Shown here one piece after another: positions 45,228-53,653 of a stretch of 64,000 bases of DNA. The notes under the pieces were generated by a model, which was not told the DNA's origin, did no database searches, and was given only the letters and a program-made list of their open reading frames with translations. This DNA comes from a virus (Duplodnaviria > Caudoviricetes). Location of the stretch: IMG/VR virus record IMGVR_UViG_3300006045_001036; one strand, written 5' to 3'. The translations under genes and the position numbers were made by a program. Within the stretch, counting starts at the first letter, position 1. Every line of letters begins with the position of its first letter.

Positions 45228-47597
45228 TCATCTATAGCTTCCGTAGTTTCCTACTTTGGCAATTCTGTTAACCTTACCATCTCCGAATGGAAGATTTGTA
45301 GAAGCAGCCGTCCAAGCGGGTCCGTTGTGAAGATACTCGGTGACACACTTTCCGCCGTCGTGTCCGTATATGCTGTTAGCGTCCGCACCCTTCCACTCAC
45401 CGCAGATACACTTAATTGTTTTCGCAGTTCCTCCAGTCGGTGTAAAGGTGACATTAAGATAATCACCGATGGTAACTGGTAGAATATTTCCAATATTAGG
45501 TCGGGTCGCTATCACGTAACGGTCATCGACCATAATCATTTTGGCATTACCTGAAGGGATGTCTGCTGCTCTAAATCGTCCGTTAGCGATAGCGTGTTCA
45601 ACAAACTTCCTCTGTTCTGAAGCCATACCGTTACAGAAGTAACTCATATTAGTCCATTTAATACCCATACCCTCAGGAATATCAACAAACATTCCTGGTT
45701 CGCCAGTTCCTTCGCCGTCTTCCCATTCGGGGTCATCATTTCCGGGAGGTGTTCCCGTACTCACAATAACTTGATTCTCTGACACTGCCGCAATTGCACA
45801 CTCAAACACCATTGTTCCCGCTACAGCCGAGGAACTTGTTAATACTCCGCCAGTGGTGACTCCGCCTTGTAGAACAACAAGAGGCGGTTTCGGGTCAACT
45901 TCATCTAAACCACTCCACACCGTATCTTGTCTTACCATGCCGTTTCCCGCAATCTCTTCTTGCAATCTATCTGCCAAATCATTTTCAGGGGAAATGAAAG
46001 CTACTATAGGACGTCGCTCTTCTGGTTCAATGCTTCGAACAACTGTGTTTCGAGCAGAGTTTCCAGTGATGTATCCCTGTCTTATAAATCCGTATTTACG
46101 CAGATACCGCATAAACATTTCGTAAGTTTCGGGTTTACTGTTTCTGACAAAGATACCGAAAGGCAACGGTTTGAATTCATACTGCCGAGCAATTCGGTGA
46201 GCTTGTCGTTCATGGCTCTCGTTCGTCATTTCTACTGTTGCTCCAAGAGCTACGTCGTTATCCAGTGTAATTGTTCTGACTTGGTGTTGATTTCCATCAG
46301 TGTCGTTGGTTCGAAGTAATACGCCTTTAATTAAATCAGGACGATATAAGAGAAGAACTTTCAAATCTTCAATTGTTCGAGAACTCATGTTAGGCAACAG
46401 TAAGTACAGTTCGGGAGGTAGTTCAACGTGTTCTTCGTATTCTCCCGAGTAATCACCTCCGCTTGGTGGTGTCACATAATCTTGCCAGCCATCTAACCAC
46501 GGAGACTCATGTGATTGTATCCCTGTTAACCATGTGAAAGGGTCTTCCGCCCAACCGCTCATTCCGGGGACAGAGCGACCTACCGAATAATTTGATAATC
46601 GGTGAGTATTGCCGTATTCAAAGTGTAAATGTACTCCTGTGCTTCTACCAGTTGTCCCTTCGACACCGACAACATCCCCAGCATTAAGTTCATCACCGAG
46701 ACCTACAGCAATTGATTCCATGTGTGCAAACCTAATCCATTCGTTGCCGGATATCTTGAGAACTACGGTATTACCCCAACCGCCGTTATACCCTCCACCG
46801 CCGTAGGCTTCAATAACTGTACCGCTAATAGGAGAATGCAAGGTATTATCTCCGCTATGTGTCGAGTCACACCCTAAGTGTTCACCTCCGTATTTTTGCC
46901 AGTCCGCACTCCCCGAGACCACAGCGTAGCCGTAATTGATGTAAGTCGGGTTACTGTATATCCCACACATATTAGTGGGTCCGTAAGGATAAGAATACGA
47001 GTTGGTTAATAATCCTCCTGACTGTAACGGATGTTCCGGAGTAGCACCACTTCCGCCCTCGGGGATTTCTCCGGGATTCGGAGCATTCTGCGAAGTCAGC
47101 CATTGGCGAGGGTCAAAAGTCACTCCGTTGTTTTGAGCGGCAAAGTGAAGGTGTTGCCCATCACTTCTCCCTGTGTCGCCCTCTGTACCAATAACTGTTC
47201 CTGCGGTCACAGGCTCACCCTGCGACACCAAAATTTCGTGTAAGTGAGCGTAGGTCAAAGTTAAATGAGAGTGATTACCGCTCCCTTGAATAGTGACGTA
47301 ATTACCGAGAGCAGGACTACTTGTAACATGACGAAAACTGTCGGTGAATTTCGAAGCAGTTTGCACGTAACCATCAATCGCTGATATTAACATACGAGCG
47401 TTACGAGTGCTGTTAATCAATTCTGTTGTTACTGTCGAATTCCGAGAGATAAACCCCCCTCTGGTTTGTGTATCAATTGCCAAGTGTCCTGCGTGGTATC
47501 CTTGGGTTTCTTCAGGACCCCGCCCAGTCGCAGGGTTAACAACTGATTCTCTATACAACATTTTTCCGTAAGTATCATGAATAGGTGTTTGAGCCAT
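45228..47597 (-). CDS. Cell-wall hydrolase with two M23 peptidase domains
   Basis: HLAID...YAHL...GQHLHF and HLGCD...FAHM...GVHLHF; extra C-terminal domain. Confidence 0.85.
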   Translation of the reverse strand: MAQTPIHDTYGKMLYRESVVNPATGRGPEETQGYHAGHLAIDTQTRGGFISRNSTVTTELINSTRNARMLISAIDGYVQTASKFTDSFRHVTSSPALGNYVTIQGSGNHSHLTLTYAHLHEILVSQGEPVTAGTVIGTEGDTGRSDGQHLHFAAQNNGVTFDPRQWLTSQNAPNPGEIPEGGSGATPEHPLQSGGLLTNSYSYPYGPTNMCGIYSNPTYINYGYAVVSGSADWQKYGGEHLGCDSTHSGDNTLHSPISGTVIEAYGGGGYNGGWGNTVVLKISGNEWIRFAHMESIAVGLGDELNAGDVVGVEGTTGRSTGVHLHFEYGNTHRLSNYSVGRSVPGMSGWAEDPFTWLTGIQSHESPWLDGWQDYVTPPSGGDYSGEYEEHVELPPELYLLLPNMSSRTIEDLKVLLLYRPDLIKGVLLRTNDTDGNQHQVRTITLDNDVALGATVEMTNESHERQAHRIARQYEFKPLPFGIFVRNSKPETYEMFMRYLRKYGFIRQGYITGNSARNTVVRSIEPEERRPIVAFISPENDLADRLQEEIAGNGMVRQDTVWSGLDEVDPKPPLVVLQGGVTTGGVLTSSSAVAGTMVFECAIAAVSENQVIVSTGTPPGNDDPEWEDGEGTGEPGMFVDIPEGMGIKWTNMSYFCNGMASEQRKFVEHAIANGRFRAADIPSGNAKMIMVDDRYVIATRPNIGNILPVTIGDYLNVTFTPTGGTAKTIKCICGEWKGADANSIYGHDGGKCVTEYLHNGPAWTAASTNLPFGDGKVNRIAKVGNYGSYR

Positions 47598-47605
47598 AAC
47601 CTCTC

Positions 47606-48091
47606 CTAATCAAAATCAAATCCATAACGCAGGAAGTTTCGTTCGCCAGTGGTAAGGATTTCGCCATCGTCACGTTTCTCCCGCAGTTGCTGTAATTTTG
47701 CTTTACGCTCACGCTCCTGTTGTTCTTGAAGAGCTTCCTGTCTACGTAATTCAGCAACTCGACCTGCTGACTCTCGACGTTGTTTTTCAAACTTGATAAC
47801 CGCTTCTGCTTCCATAGTTTCGTTACACCACATCTTGATAGTGAAGACAACCGAGTCAATCATTCTCGGGTCGTTAACAAGCCCGACTATCCGCCGATAT
47901 ACTTCTTCCTTCGGAATATTCACCTTAACAGGTTGCGGTGGGTTAAGTAATTCCTTGTGCTTCTCCACAATCGGCGGTTCAACCTTTAAGGATTGATGCG
48001 GAGACCGATATTGTTTGATAGTTATTGTCGCCCATATCGCTATAGCGATGATAACGATAGCGATTATTACACCGATAACGAATTGAGACAT
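47606..48091 (-). CDS. Single-pass membrane protein with coiled coil
   Basis: N-terminal TM FVIGVIIAIVIIAIAIW. Confidence 0.65.
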   Translation of the reverse strand: MSQFVIGVIIAIVIIAIAIWATITIKQYRSPHQSLKVEPPIVEKHKELLNPPQPVKVNIPKEEVYRRIVGLVNDPRMIDSVVFTIKMWCNETMEAEAVIKFEKQRRESAGRVAELRRQEALQEQQERERKAKLQQLREKRDDGEILTTGERNFLRYGFDFD

Positions 48092-48100
48092 AAAATCCTC

Positions 48101-48421
48101 CTACGTCTGTTTTAATCGTTGGTATTGAATTCGTGGGTTGTTCCTCACTTCTTTCCAAAAGTGCTTACCTGCCGACGGTTTTGTAAAGAAAGCACGGTAC
48201 ACCTTATCAGGCACGTCATAATAAACATACGTTGCACTGGGTACACCGCCTTTGTGGAATCTGACAAGCATGGTTCGAGATGAAGCATCATAAGCCACAG
48301 CGTAGATATTCGACGAATCAACTTTTCGGAAAGTCTTAGACAGCTCCCGAGTACTGACCGCCGAATTAATCTGCACCGCCGTTATTAAGTGACCTCGATA
48401 ACACGACAGTAATCTTATCAT
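48101..48421 (-). CDS. KTSC domain protein with MIRLLS leader
   Basis: VDSSNIYAVAYD...LVRF...YVYYDVP...SAGKHFWKEVR. Confidence 0.85.
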   Translation of the reverse strand: MIRLLSCYRGHLITAVQINSAVSTRELSKTFRKVDSSNIYAVAYDASSRTMLVRFHKGGVPSATYVYYDVPDKVYRAFFTKPSAGKHFWKEVRNNPRIQYQRLKQT

Positions 48422-48424
48422 GAC

Positions 48425-48847
48425 TTACTCCTTAACCTTGGCAACAGTGCGAGTGATAGCTTCGTGTATCTGTGTATTCGTTTGCCCGACACTCACAACG
48501 TCAAGCGACATATCTGAGCTATAGAACGCTCTGCTTAATCCGTTATAGAAATCACGAAGCACTTTAGTCAGTTGTTTTTGATTACCCGAAGTAGTCCAAT
48601 TAGGCAGCGTACTCTCCAATTCCCATACATATCCGTCTCTTAATAATAATGCGAAACTATACACACCTTGCTTGGTTTTCCCACTTACAGCCCAGTATGC
48701 TCGCACTGACTCTGCACCACTGACAGCTATACTCATAGGAGCGTACTCTGCTTCGATAACTGTAGCAGCGTCATGAACTTTAATCTTCTCCTGTATCTTT
48801 TCATCGAATTTCTTGAATTCCTCACGAGTCATTAGTAACTTTTCCAT
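48425..48847 (-). CDS. Hypothetical protein
   Basis: 140 aa, AAGGAG RBS. Confidence 0.6.
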   Translation of the reverse strand: MEKLLMTREEFKKFDEKIQEKIKVHDAATVIEAEYAPMSIAVSGAESVRAYWAVSGKTKQGVYSFALLLRDGYVWELESTLPNWTTSGNQKQLTKVLRDFYNGLSRAFYSSDMSLDVVSVGQTNTQIHEAITRTVAKVKE

Positions 48848-48864
48848 AGCTATTTCTCCTTATA

Positions 48865-49776
48865 TTATTTAGGGCTTTCTTCCACGTATTGCCAAATTAT
48901 TCCGTTACCTTGCTCTCGAACAAATAGGAGCGGGGTTTCGTCAGGTATTATCGGAGCAACCGTTGTTAAGTTCCACCGAGTATTAGCTCTGTGAACACCA
49001 TCGGTAACAAGCACTGTTGTATTTGCGACAGCGTCACGTATTACAAAGTCAGTAGCCCTACTAAGAACGGCGGGTTCGGTCTCTGTACCAGTGTTGGTAA
49101 CAATATAAATTCCGTTGTAAGCTCGGTCGGATTCGGCGGTATTGTGTTCACCACCTGCGATAAGAACACGCTGCCCGACAATTACAGGAACTCCATCAAT
49201 TTCAAGCACACCGTTCTCGTCGGAAACAAACGCCGTGGTGAGCTTAGAATACGTTAACCCTGCTTGAGAGGTTAAAGACAACGACACCTTGAACCACGGC
49301 ATAGTAAGGTGAAAATCGTTACCAACTTTGTCTGCGGGTTCGTTGTTGACGAAGATATTAAACGGTAAGCGGTCTATGCCGTCACGTCCGCAGCATTCCG
49401 AGATTACTTCGATTGTTGCAAGGTCACGAAGCTGAATGCTTCGTATCTGTCCTGCGGGAATACTCTCTAAATACCAACCCCAGATTTCGGGATTACCGTT
49501 GACAGCGTACCAGCCTTTACATACTCTCCACGGCGAATCATCGAACTTGTTAAGACGGATAACACTACCTTCCCAGATAACTGTACTTACGCCTTCAAGC
49601 TTGAGAAAGTCCCTACCTGTGTAGATTGCAAACCCTGACTCAATTACTCTGTTGTCCTCAGTCTGTATACCTACGACTTGACCGCCTCGTACATATGCCG
49701 CTTTCACCGCTAATTCTTGACCCATAGAGTCTATGGCGAACAGAGTGTTGTCGCTTACTTTAACTTGGTTATCCAT
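48865..49776 (-). CDS. Virion protein with fibre/decoration-type domain
   Basis: IDGV...GQRVLI...NGIYIV...LSRATDF domain common in phage fibre/decoration proteins. Confidence 0.6.
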   Translation of the reverse strand: MDNQVKVSDNTLFAIDSMGQELAVKAAYVRGGQVVGIQTEDNRVIESGFAIYTGRDFLKLEGVSTVIWEGSVIRLNKFDDSPWRVCKGWYAVNGNPEIWGWYLESIPAGQIRSIQLRDLATIEVISECCGRDGIDRLPFNIFVNNEPADKVGNDFHLTMPWFKVSLSLTSQAGLTYSKLTTAFVSDENGVLEIDGVPVIVGQRVLIAGGEHNTAESDRAYNGIYIVTNTGTETEPAVLSRATDFVIRDAVANTTVLVTDGVHRANTRWNLTTVAPIIPDETPLLFVREQGNGIIWQYVEESPK

Positions 49777-50065
49777 TCGAACCTCCTATACGTCGGTCAG
49801 ACTTAGCACCGTTGCACTCGGCACACAAGGTTTGACCGTTACTAAGTATTGTTTTCCCGCCTTGAGAGAAAGGAATTATATGGTCTACAACGAGCTTGGT
49901 GTCGGCAGAAGAAGCTCCGCAAAACACACAGCGAAAGTTGTCTCGGGTTAGCACCTCCAACCTCAATTTTCCTGTAAAACACCTGCTTTGGTCGGCGGTT
50001 CTCTGGGAATTAATCAAGCTGTTAAGACCCGGAACAGACTTCCGAGACGCTCGGTAAATATTCAT
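49769..50065 (-). CDS. HNH endonuclease
   Basis: RDNFRCVFCG...VDHIIPFSQGG...NGQTLCAECNGAK. Confidence 0.9.
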   Translation of the reverse strand: MNIYRASRKSVPGLNSLINSQRTADQSRCFTGKLRLEVLTRDNFRCVFCGASSADTKLVVDHIIPFSQGGKTILSNGQTLCAECNGAKSDRRIGGSNG

Positions 50066-50103
50066 AGCTATAACTTCTCCAAGTTCTCTTATTGTTATAG
50101 TTT

Positions 50104-50133
50104 ACTCCGCAGAGTGTATAAGCTCTGCGGAGT
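50104..50133 (-). terminator. Hairpin separating early and structural regions
   Basis: ACTCCGCAGAG...CTCTGCGGAGT. Confidence 0.6.
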
Positions 50134-50139
50134 TGTAGT

Positions 50140-50400
50140 TTATCCATCGAGGGTGTCAGGGTCAGTGTAAGGGTCGGCATCGAGGTCGTGTTTGTCGGAA
50201 ATTGCAGTGTTAATTCGGGCGAGTGTTTCTTCTCCGCCAAGCACATAAATATCTCGGGCAAATTCTCCGAGGACTTCTTTAAGTAAGGATTGCAAGGAGT
50301 TTAGCATTTCCGCCGTGAGTTTGTAGTCATGCTCTTTAGCCACGGCAAAACACACTCTGCTAACTGCTTCCTTGACTAATGTGTCGAACTTCATCAACAT
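50140..50400 (-). CDS. Hypothetical protein
   Basis: 86 aa, AAGGAGG RBS. Confidence 0.55.
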   Translation of the reverse strand: MLMKFDTLVKEAVSRVCFAVAKEHDYKLTAEMLNSLQSLLKEVLGEFARDIYVLGGEETLARINTAISDKHDLDADPYTDPDTLDG

Positions 50401-50966
50401 CCTCCTTCGGCAATTTGTTTTATATTTTCAGCGAAACCATTTTGAACGTATTGCCAAGCACCTTTACACTCTCTTTGGGCTTCATCAATTTCTTCGTGTA
50501 TCTCGCCATATCGCTTACATAACTCTGTCAACTTTAAGTCGTTTTCACGGTATTCATCAGTATCTTCGATTTCTTTAAAAGCTTTCTCATTCTGGTTATA
50601 CAGCCAATCTCTATACTCAATTTCGGCGGTCTCGTCGCCGTTTAATGCTCGTTCTAAAAGTGCTTGCATAGCGGGGTCTTTGTCGAGTTCGGGTTCGGGG
50701 GATTTTTGAATATCTATTTCTAATCTCTTACATTCCTCGTTAAACTCTTTAACTCTTACCACACAACCGAGATAATGAATTATGCGGTCTACCAAATCGC
50801 TGTGTATCAGCTTGTCAATAATTTCAATCGAAGTTGTGTCAAGCTCTCTTAAATGTTTTACGGTTGATTCCGACAGCCCTGTATAGCGGCATACGACTTG
50901 GGAGTCTGTGTCGGCATTTGCATCATCGGCTTTTATGCCGTCGCAAATCTCTATATCCTTATTCAT
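50394..50966 (-). CDS. XRE-repressor C-terminal-like protein lacking the HTH
   Basis: DTDSQVVCRYTGLSESTVKHL resembles the segment that follows the HTH in clostridial XRE regulators. Confidence 0.55.
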   Translation of the reverse strand: MNKDIEICDGIKADDANADTDSQVVCRYTGLSESTVKHLRELDTTSIEIIDKLIHSDLVDRIIHYLGCVVRVKEFNEECKRLEIDIQKSPEPELDKDPAMQALLERALNGDETAEIEYRDWLYNQNEKAFKEIEDTDEYRENDLKLTELCKRYGEIHEEIDEAQRECKGAWQYVQNGFAENIKQIAEGGC

Positions 50967-51357
50967 CCTGGTTCTCAGTCGTCTCCTTTCGCAACGCCGT
51001 AGTCACCCTATAATAACCAGCGTCAGCGTAGTCATCGTCTTGGACGATTCCCCCGAACGAAGATATAATATTCCTCATTATCTCAGGGCTGTCGTCTAAG
51101 TAAGTCATCGACAAGAATGTTACCTCGTCGGGCAGTTTAAAACCGTAGTCTTGTCCCGATTTCTCGGAGTCATAGAGATTAGTGTTAGAGGTTATTCGTA
51201 GGTCTCTCGTATACTTCCCCGCTTTGAACACTAAAACAGCGTAATCGTCTGTAGCTTTTGGGTCATCTTTTACGTTCTTGTAGTTCTGCTCAAGGACTTT
51301 GATAATTTCTTTTCGGCTTACCTTCTTAGCAATAATACCGTTTGTTGCTCGTGCCAT
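50959..51357 (-). CDS. Hypothetical protein
   Basis: 132 aa, AAGGAGG RBS. Confidence 0.65.
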   Translation of the reverse strand: MARATNGIIAKKVSRKEIIKVLEQNYKNVKDDPKATDDYAVLVFKAGKYTRDLRITSNTNLYDSEKSGQDYGFKLPDEVTFLSMTYLDDSPEIMRNIISSFGGIVQDDDYADAGYYRVTTALRKETTENQDE

Positions 51358-51421
51358 GTTTCCTCCTTAGAGATTAAATTAGTCGGACGGTTAATTTCAC
51401 CGTCCGACAGATTAAATGCTT

Positions 51422-51787
51422 TTAAACACTTGATTCGACTCGCTGTCTTTTTCGTCTCGTCGCTCTCCGTTCTCGAAGTAGCTTCCGAAACCGCCAAACT
51501 CGACAATACCGAGTAACAGCGATTGCAACAAATCCATAGCAAGCGAGCGAGAGTATAGCCAAACCAATTGGCAAATACCGAACCCCTTGAATTATCGGCG
51601 GAATTATACAAAAAAGTATTGTTAATCCCCAAGACAGTACCTGCACAACATACAGGGTTGTTGACGGCTCGATACACTCAGCAGCAACACGGTGAAGGTA
51701 TATAGCTAACTGTATACCTAAACAAAGAAATACCACTGCTTGTAACTGCCAAAGTATAATGGGTAAGATATCCATAATCGTTACCAT
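51422..51787 (-). CDS. Three-TM membrane protein with basic C-terminal tail
   Basis: Three hydrophobic segments; RKLLRERRATRRKRQR. Confidence 0.6.
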   Translation of the reverse strand: MVTIMDILPIILWQLQAVVFLCLGIQLAIYLHRVAAECIEPSTTLYVVQVLSWGLTILFCIIPPIIQGVRYLPIGLAILSLACYGFVAIAVTRYCRVWRFRKLLRERRATRRKRQRVESSV

Positions 51788-51837
51788 CCTTTCACGTAAT
51801 TGGTGTACCTGCGAGGGTACACCAAAGAAATGTTATA

Positions 51838-51990
51838 TTATTTGTTATTACGAGGTTTCGGTGGAGAACTCCGTTTCATATTAGGACAACCGAGACAACG
51901 CTGTGGAACATCCAAAAGCATTAACCCGCTCCATTGCTTTTCTTTGCAATGGAAAAACGGCGATGACTTTGTGTATTGCTTACAACTCAT
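51838..51990 (-). CDS. 50-aa Cys-containing protein
   Basis: AAAGGA RBS; MSCKQYTKSSPFFHCKE...CLGCPNMK. Confidence 0.45.
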   Translation of the reverse strand: MSCKQYTKSSPFFHCKEKQWSGLMLLDVPQRCLGCPNMKRSSPPKPRNNK

Positions 51991-52044
51991 GTTATTATCC
52001 TTTCACAAGAGAAAGGCGAAACTGTTAACCGTTCCGCATCTCGT

Positions 52045-53184
52045 TTATTCACGATTTTCATATTGTTCAAGCCAGTCGGCACAGAGGTCACGAAGCAACT
52101 CCACAGACTTTGCAGGTAGGTGAACGTCACGTTGAGCAACACCGCCGATAACGATTTCGAGTTGAAGTATCTTATCTTCAACTCCCCATTTGCCTTTGAC
52201 GTGGAGGGCTTTCTTTACTCCGCAGACAGGAAGGGCTTCGACTTCTCGCCCTTGGGTCGGCAGAGTTGCACCACGGTTAGAGCGGTCAGCCTGAGCGTCT
52301 GCTTTTAGTTTTCTGCCATAACCAAGTGAATCGCTTTTCTCTTCAGGGTCTGCCGAGACATAACAAGCATGGCAAAGTTCTTCGGAGATATTAGTGTAAT
52401 GTCTCATAGGTTGTTTACCGCACCGTTGACATAATTGTTCTTCATCAGGTTGTAGAACTTCGAAAGTCACACCCTCGGCAAGAGCTTTATTGAAACTATC
52501 ATAAACGAATTGGCGATGTATCCTCGCCTCATGCCACTCTCTCAAATCCTTGGCACGATAAGAGTTGCCGTTAATCTCTTTGTAAAGTTTGACACCGAAG
52601 AAATCACACATCAATTTGTCTCTATGGAATTCAGGTGTCCAATTCTTCTCTCGACATTCTTCACGATATAAACAATAGCAACAATAATCAAAGTGGTCTG
52701 ATTGGGTATCAGACAGTTTGCAACCGTCAAGCCCTGTAAATCTCCGAGCTTTGTCTTCAAAAATCTCTTGTTTTACCTGCTCGACAATATCCGCTCTTGT
52801 CGGGTCGAGCGTTTCGTCAAATCCGTCGTTATGCCGCTCTAACAAATTCAAGTTATCGCAGACGTAGCCATCCTTGTCAAATGTACAAGCCCAATTTGAC
52901 TCCGAGCATTGAACCCTGTCTAAGCAATGTCGGCAATACTTGAAATTGCCGAGAGGTTTCGCCTTACTCTCTGTACCGTGCTTATCAGCGTAAGTGTAGT
53001 TATCCTTTTGGCAGTAACTGTCTTCCCGCAAATCTAACCCAACGATATATGAGCAAGTCGGGTCGTCAACTGCTCGACAGTGGTAGTGTCTGAGTTCAGG
53101 TTCGGCACATTTAACCACTGCGGACACCTCTTCCTCATCCATAGTCGTTATTGTGACGTTATCGCCGTTAACGTAAGTCTTCAT
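52045..53184 (-). CDS. Cys-rich protein with internal duplication
   Basis: Two YCxxCLxRxxCxExNW...CD units plus CQRC...CHAC. Confidence 0.65.
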   Translation of the reverse strand: MKTYVNGDNVTITTMDEEEVSAVVKCAEPELRHYHCRAVDDPTCSYIVGLDLREDSYCQKDNYTYADKHGTESKAKPLGNFKYCRHCLDRVQCSESNWACTFDKDGYVCDNLNLLERHNDGFDETLDPTRADIVEQVKQEIFEDKARRFTGLDGCKLSDTQSDHFDYCCYCLYREECREKNWTPEFHRDKLMCDFFGVKLYKEINGNSYRAKDLREWHEARIHRQFVYDSFNKALAEGVTFEVLQPDEEQLCQRCGKQPMRHYTNISEELCHACYVSADPEEKSDSLGYGRKLKADAQADRSNRGATLPTQGREVEALPVCGVKKALHVKGKWGVEDKILQLEIVIGGVAQRDVHLPAKSVELLRDLCADWLEQYENRE

Positions 53185-53450
53185 TCAATACTCCTTTCAT
53201 ACCCAACGCCTACGAAGTCGGCGATGCCGTCAATTGCTTCGTAGCGTGTTCCGTTGTGGTTGGTCTCTTTCTTAGAGCAGCGATGAACAGTGGTTTTAGC
53301 GATACCACTGTAATCTTTTCCGTCTCCAACTCGGTAATCATCAAAATCTGTTATTCTCAAACCGTCATCATCATAGTTATCTATCGCCTTTGATGTTTGT
53401 GCAAATTCAGTGTTGCAAATTCGACACTTGTAAATTAAATGAGCTATCAT
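53181..53450 (-). CDS. Small Zn-binding protein
   Basis: YKCRICNTEF...HRC...GIADFVGV. Confidence 0.65.
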   Translation of the reverse strand: MIAHLIYKCRICNTEFAQTSKAIDNYDDDGLRITDFDDYRVGDGKDYSGIAKTTVHRCSKKETNHNGTRYEAIDGIADFVGVGYERSIE

Positions 53451-53650
53451 CAGCTAACCTCCATTGTAAGACCGCACTTGTTGCACCGAGACCGAACCGT
53501 CACATAACCGCTACTGGAAGTAACACGATGTAATTTGGCAAGCTCTTCAATAAGTGTTGTGTCGCAACGTTTACAGGCGGGGCAACGATGAATGTCACTT
53601 TGTATTTCTCGGGTTATTGGTAAGTCGTTTTCCATGGTCGCTATCCTCAC
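53450..53650 (-). CDS. Zn-ribbon protein
   Basis: CPACKRC...CNKCG. Confidence 0.55.
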   Translation of the reverse strand: MRIATMENDLPITREIQSDIHRCPACKRCDTTLIEELAKLHRVTSSSGYVTVRSRCNKCGLTMEVS

Positions 53651-53653
53651 TTT

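Noticed and set aside
51422-51787. Class I holin
   Set aside because: Topology fits, but it lies in the early region away from the hydrolase; not supportable
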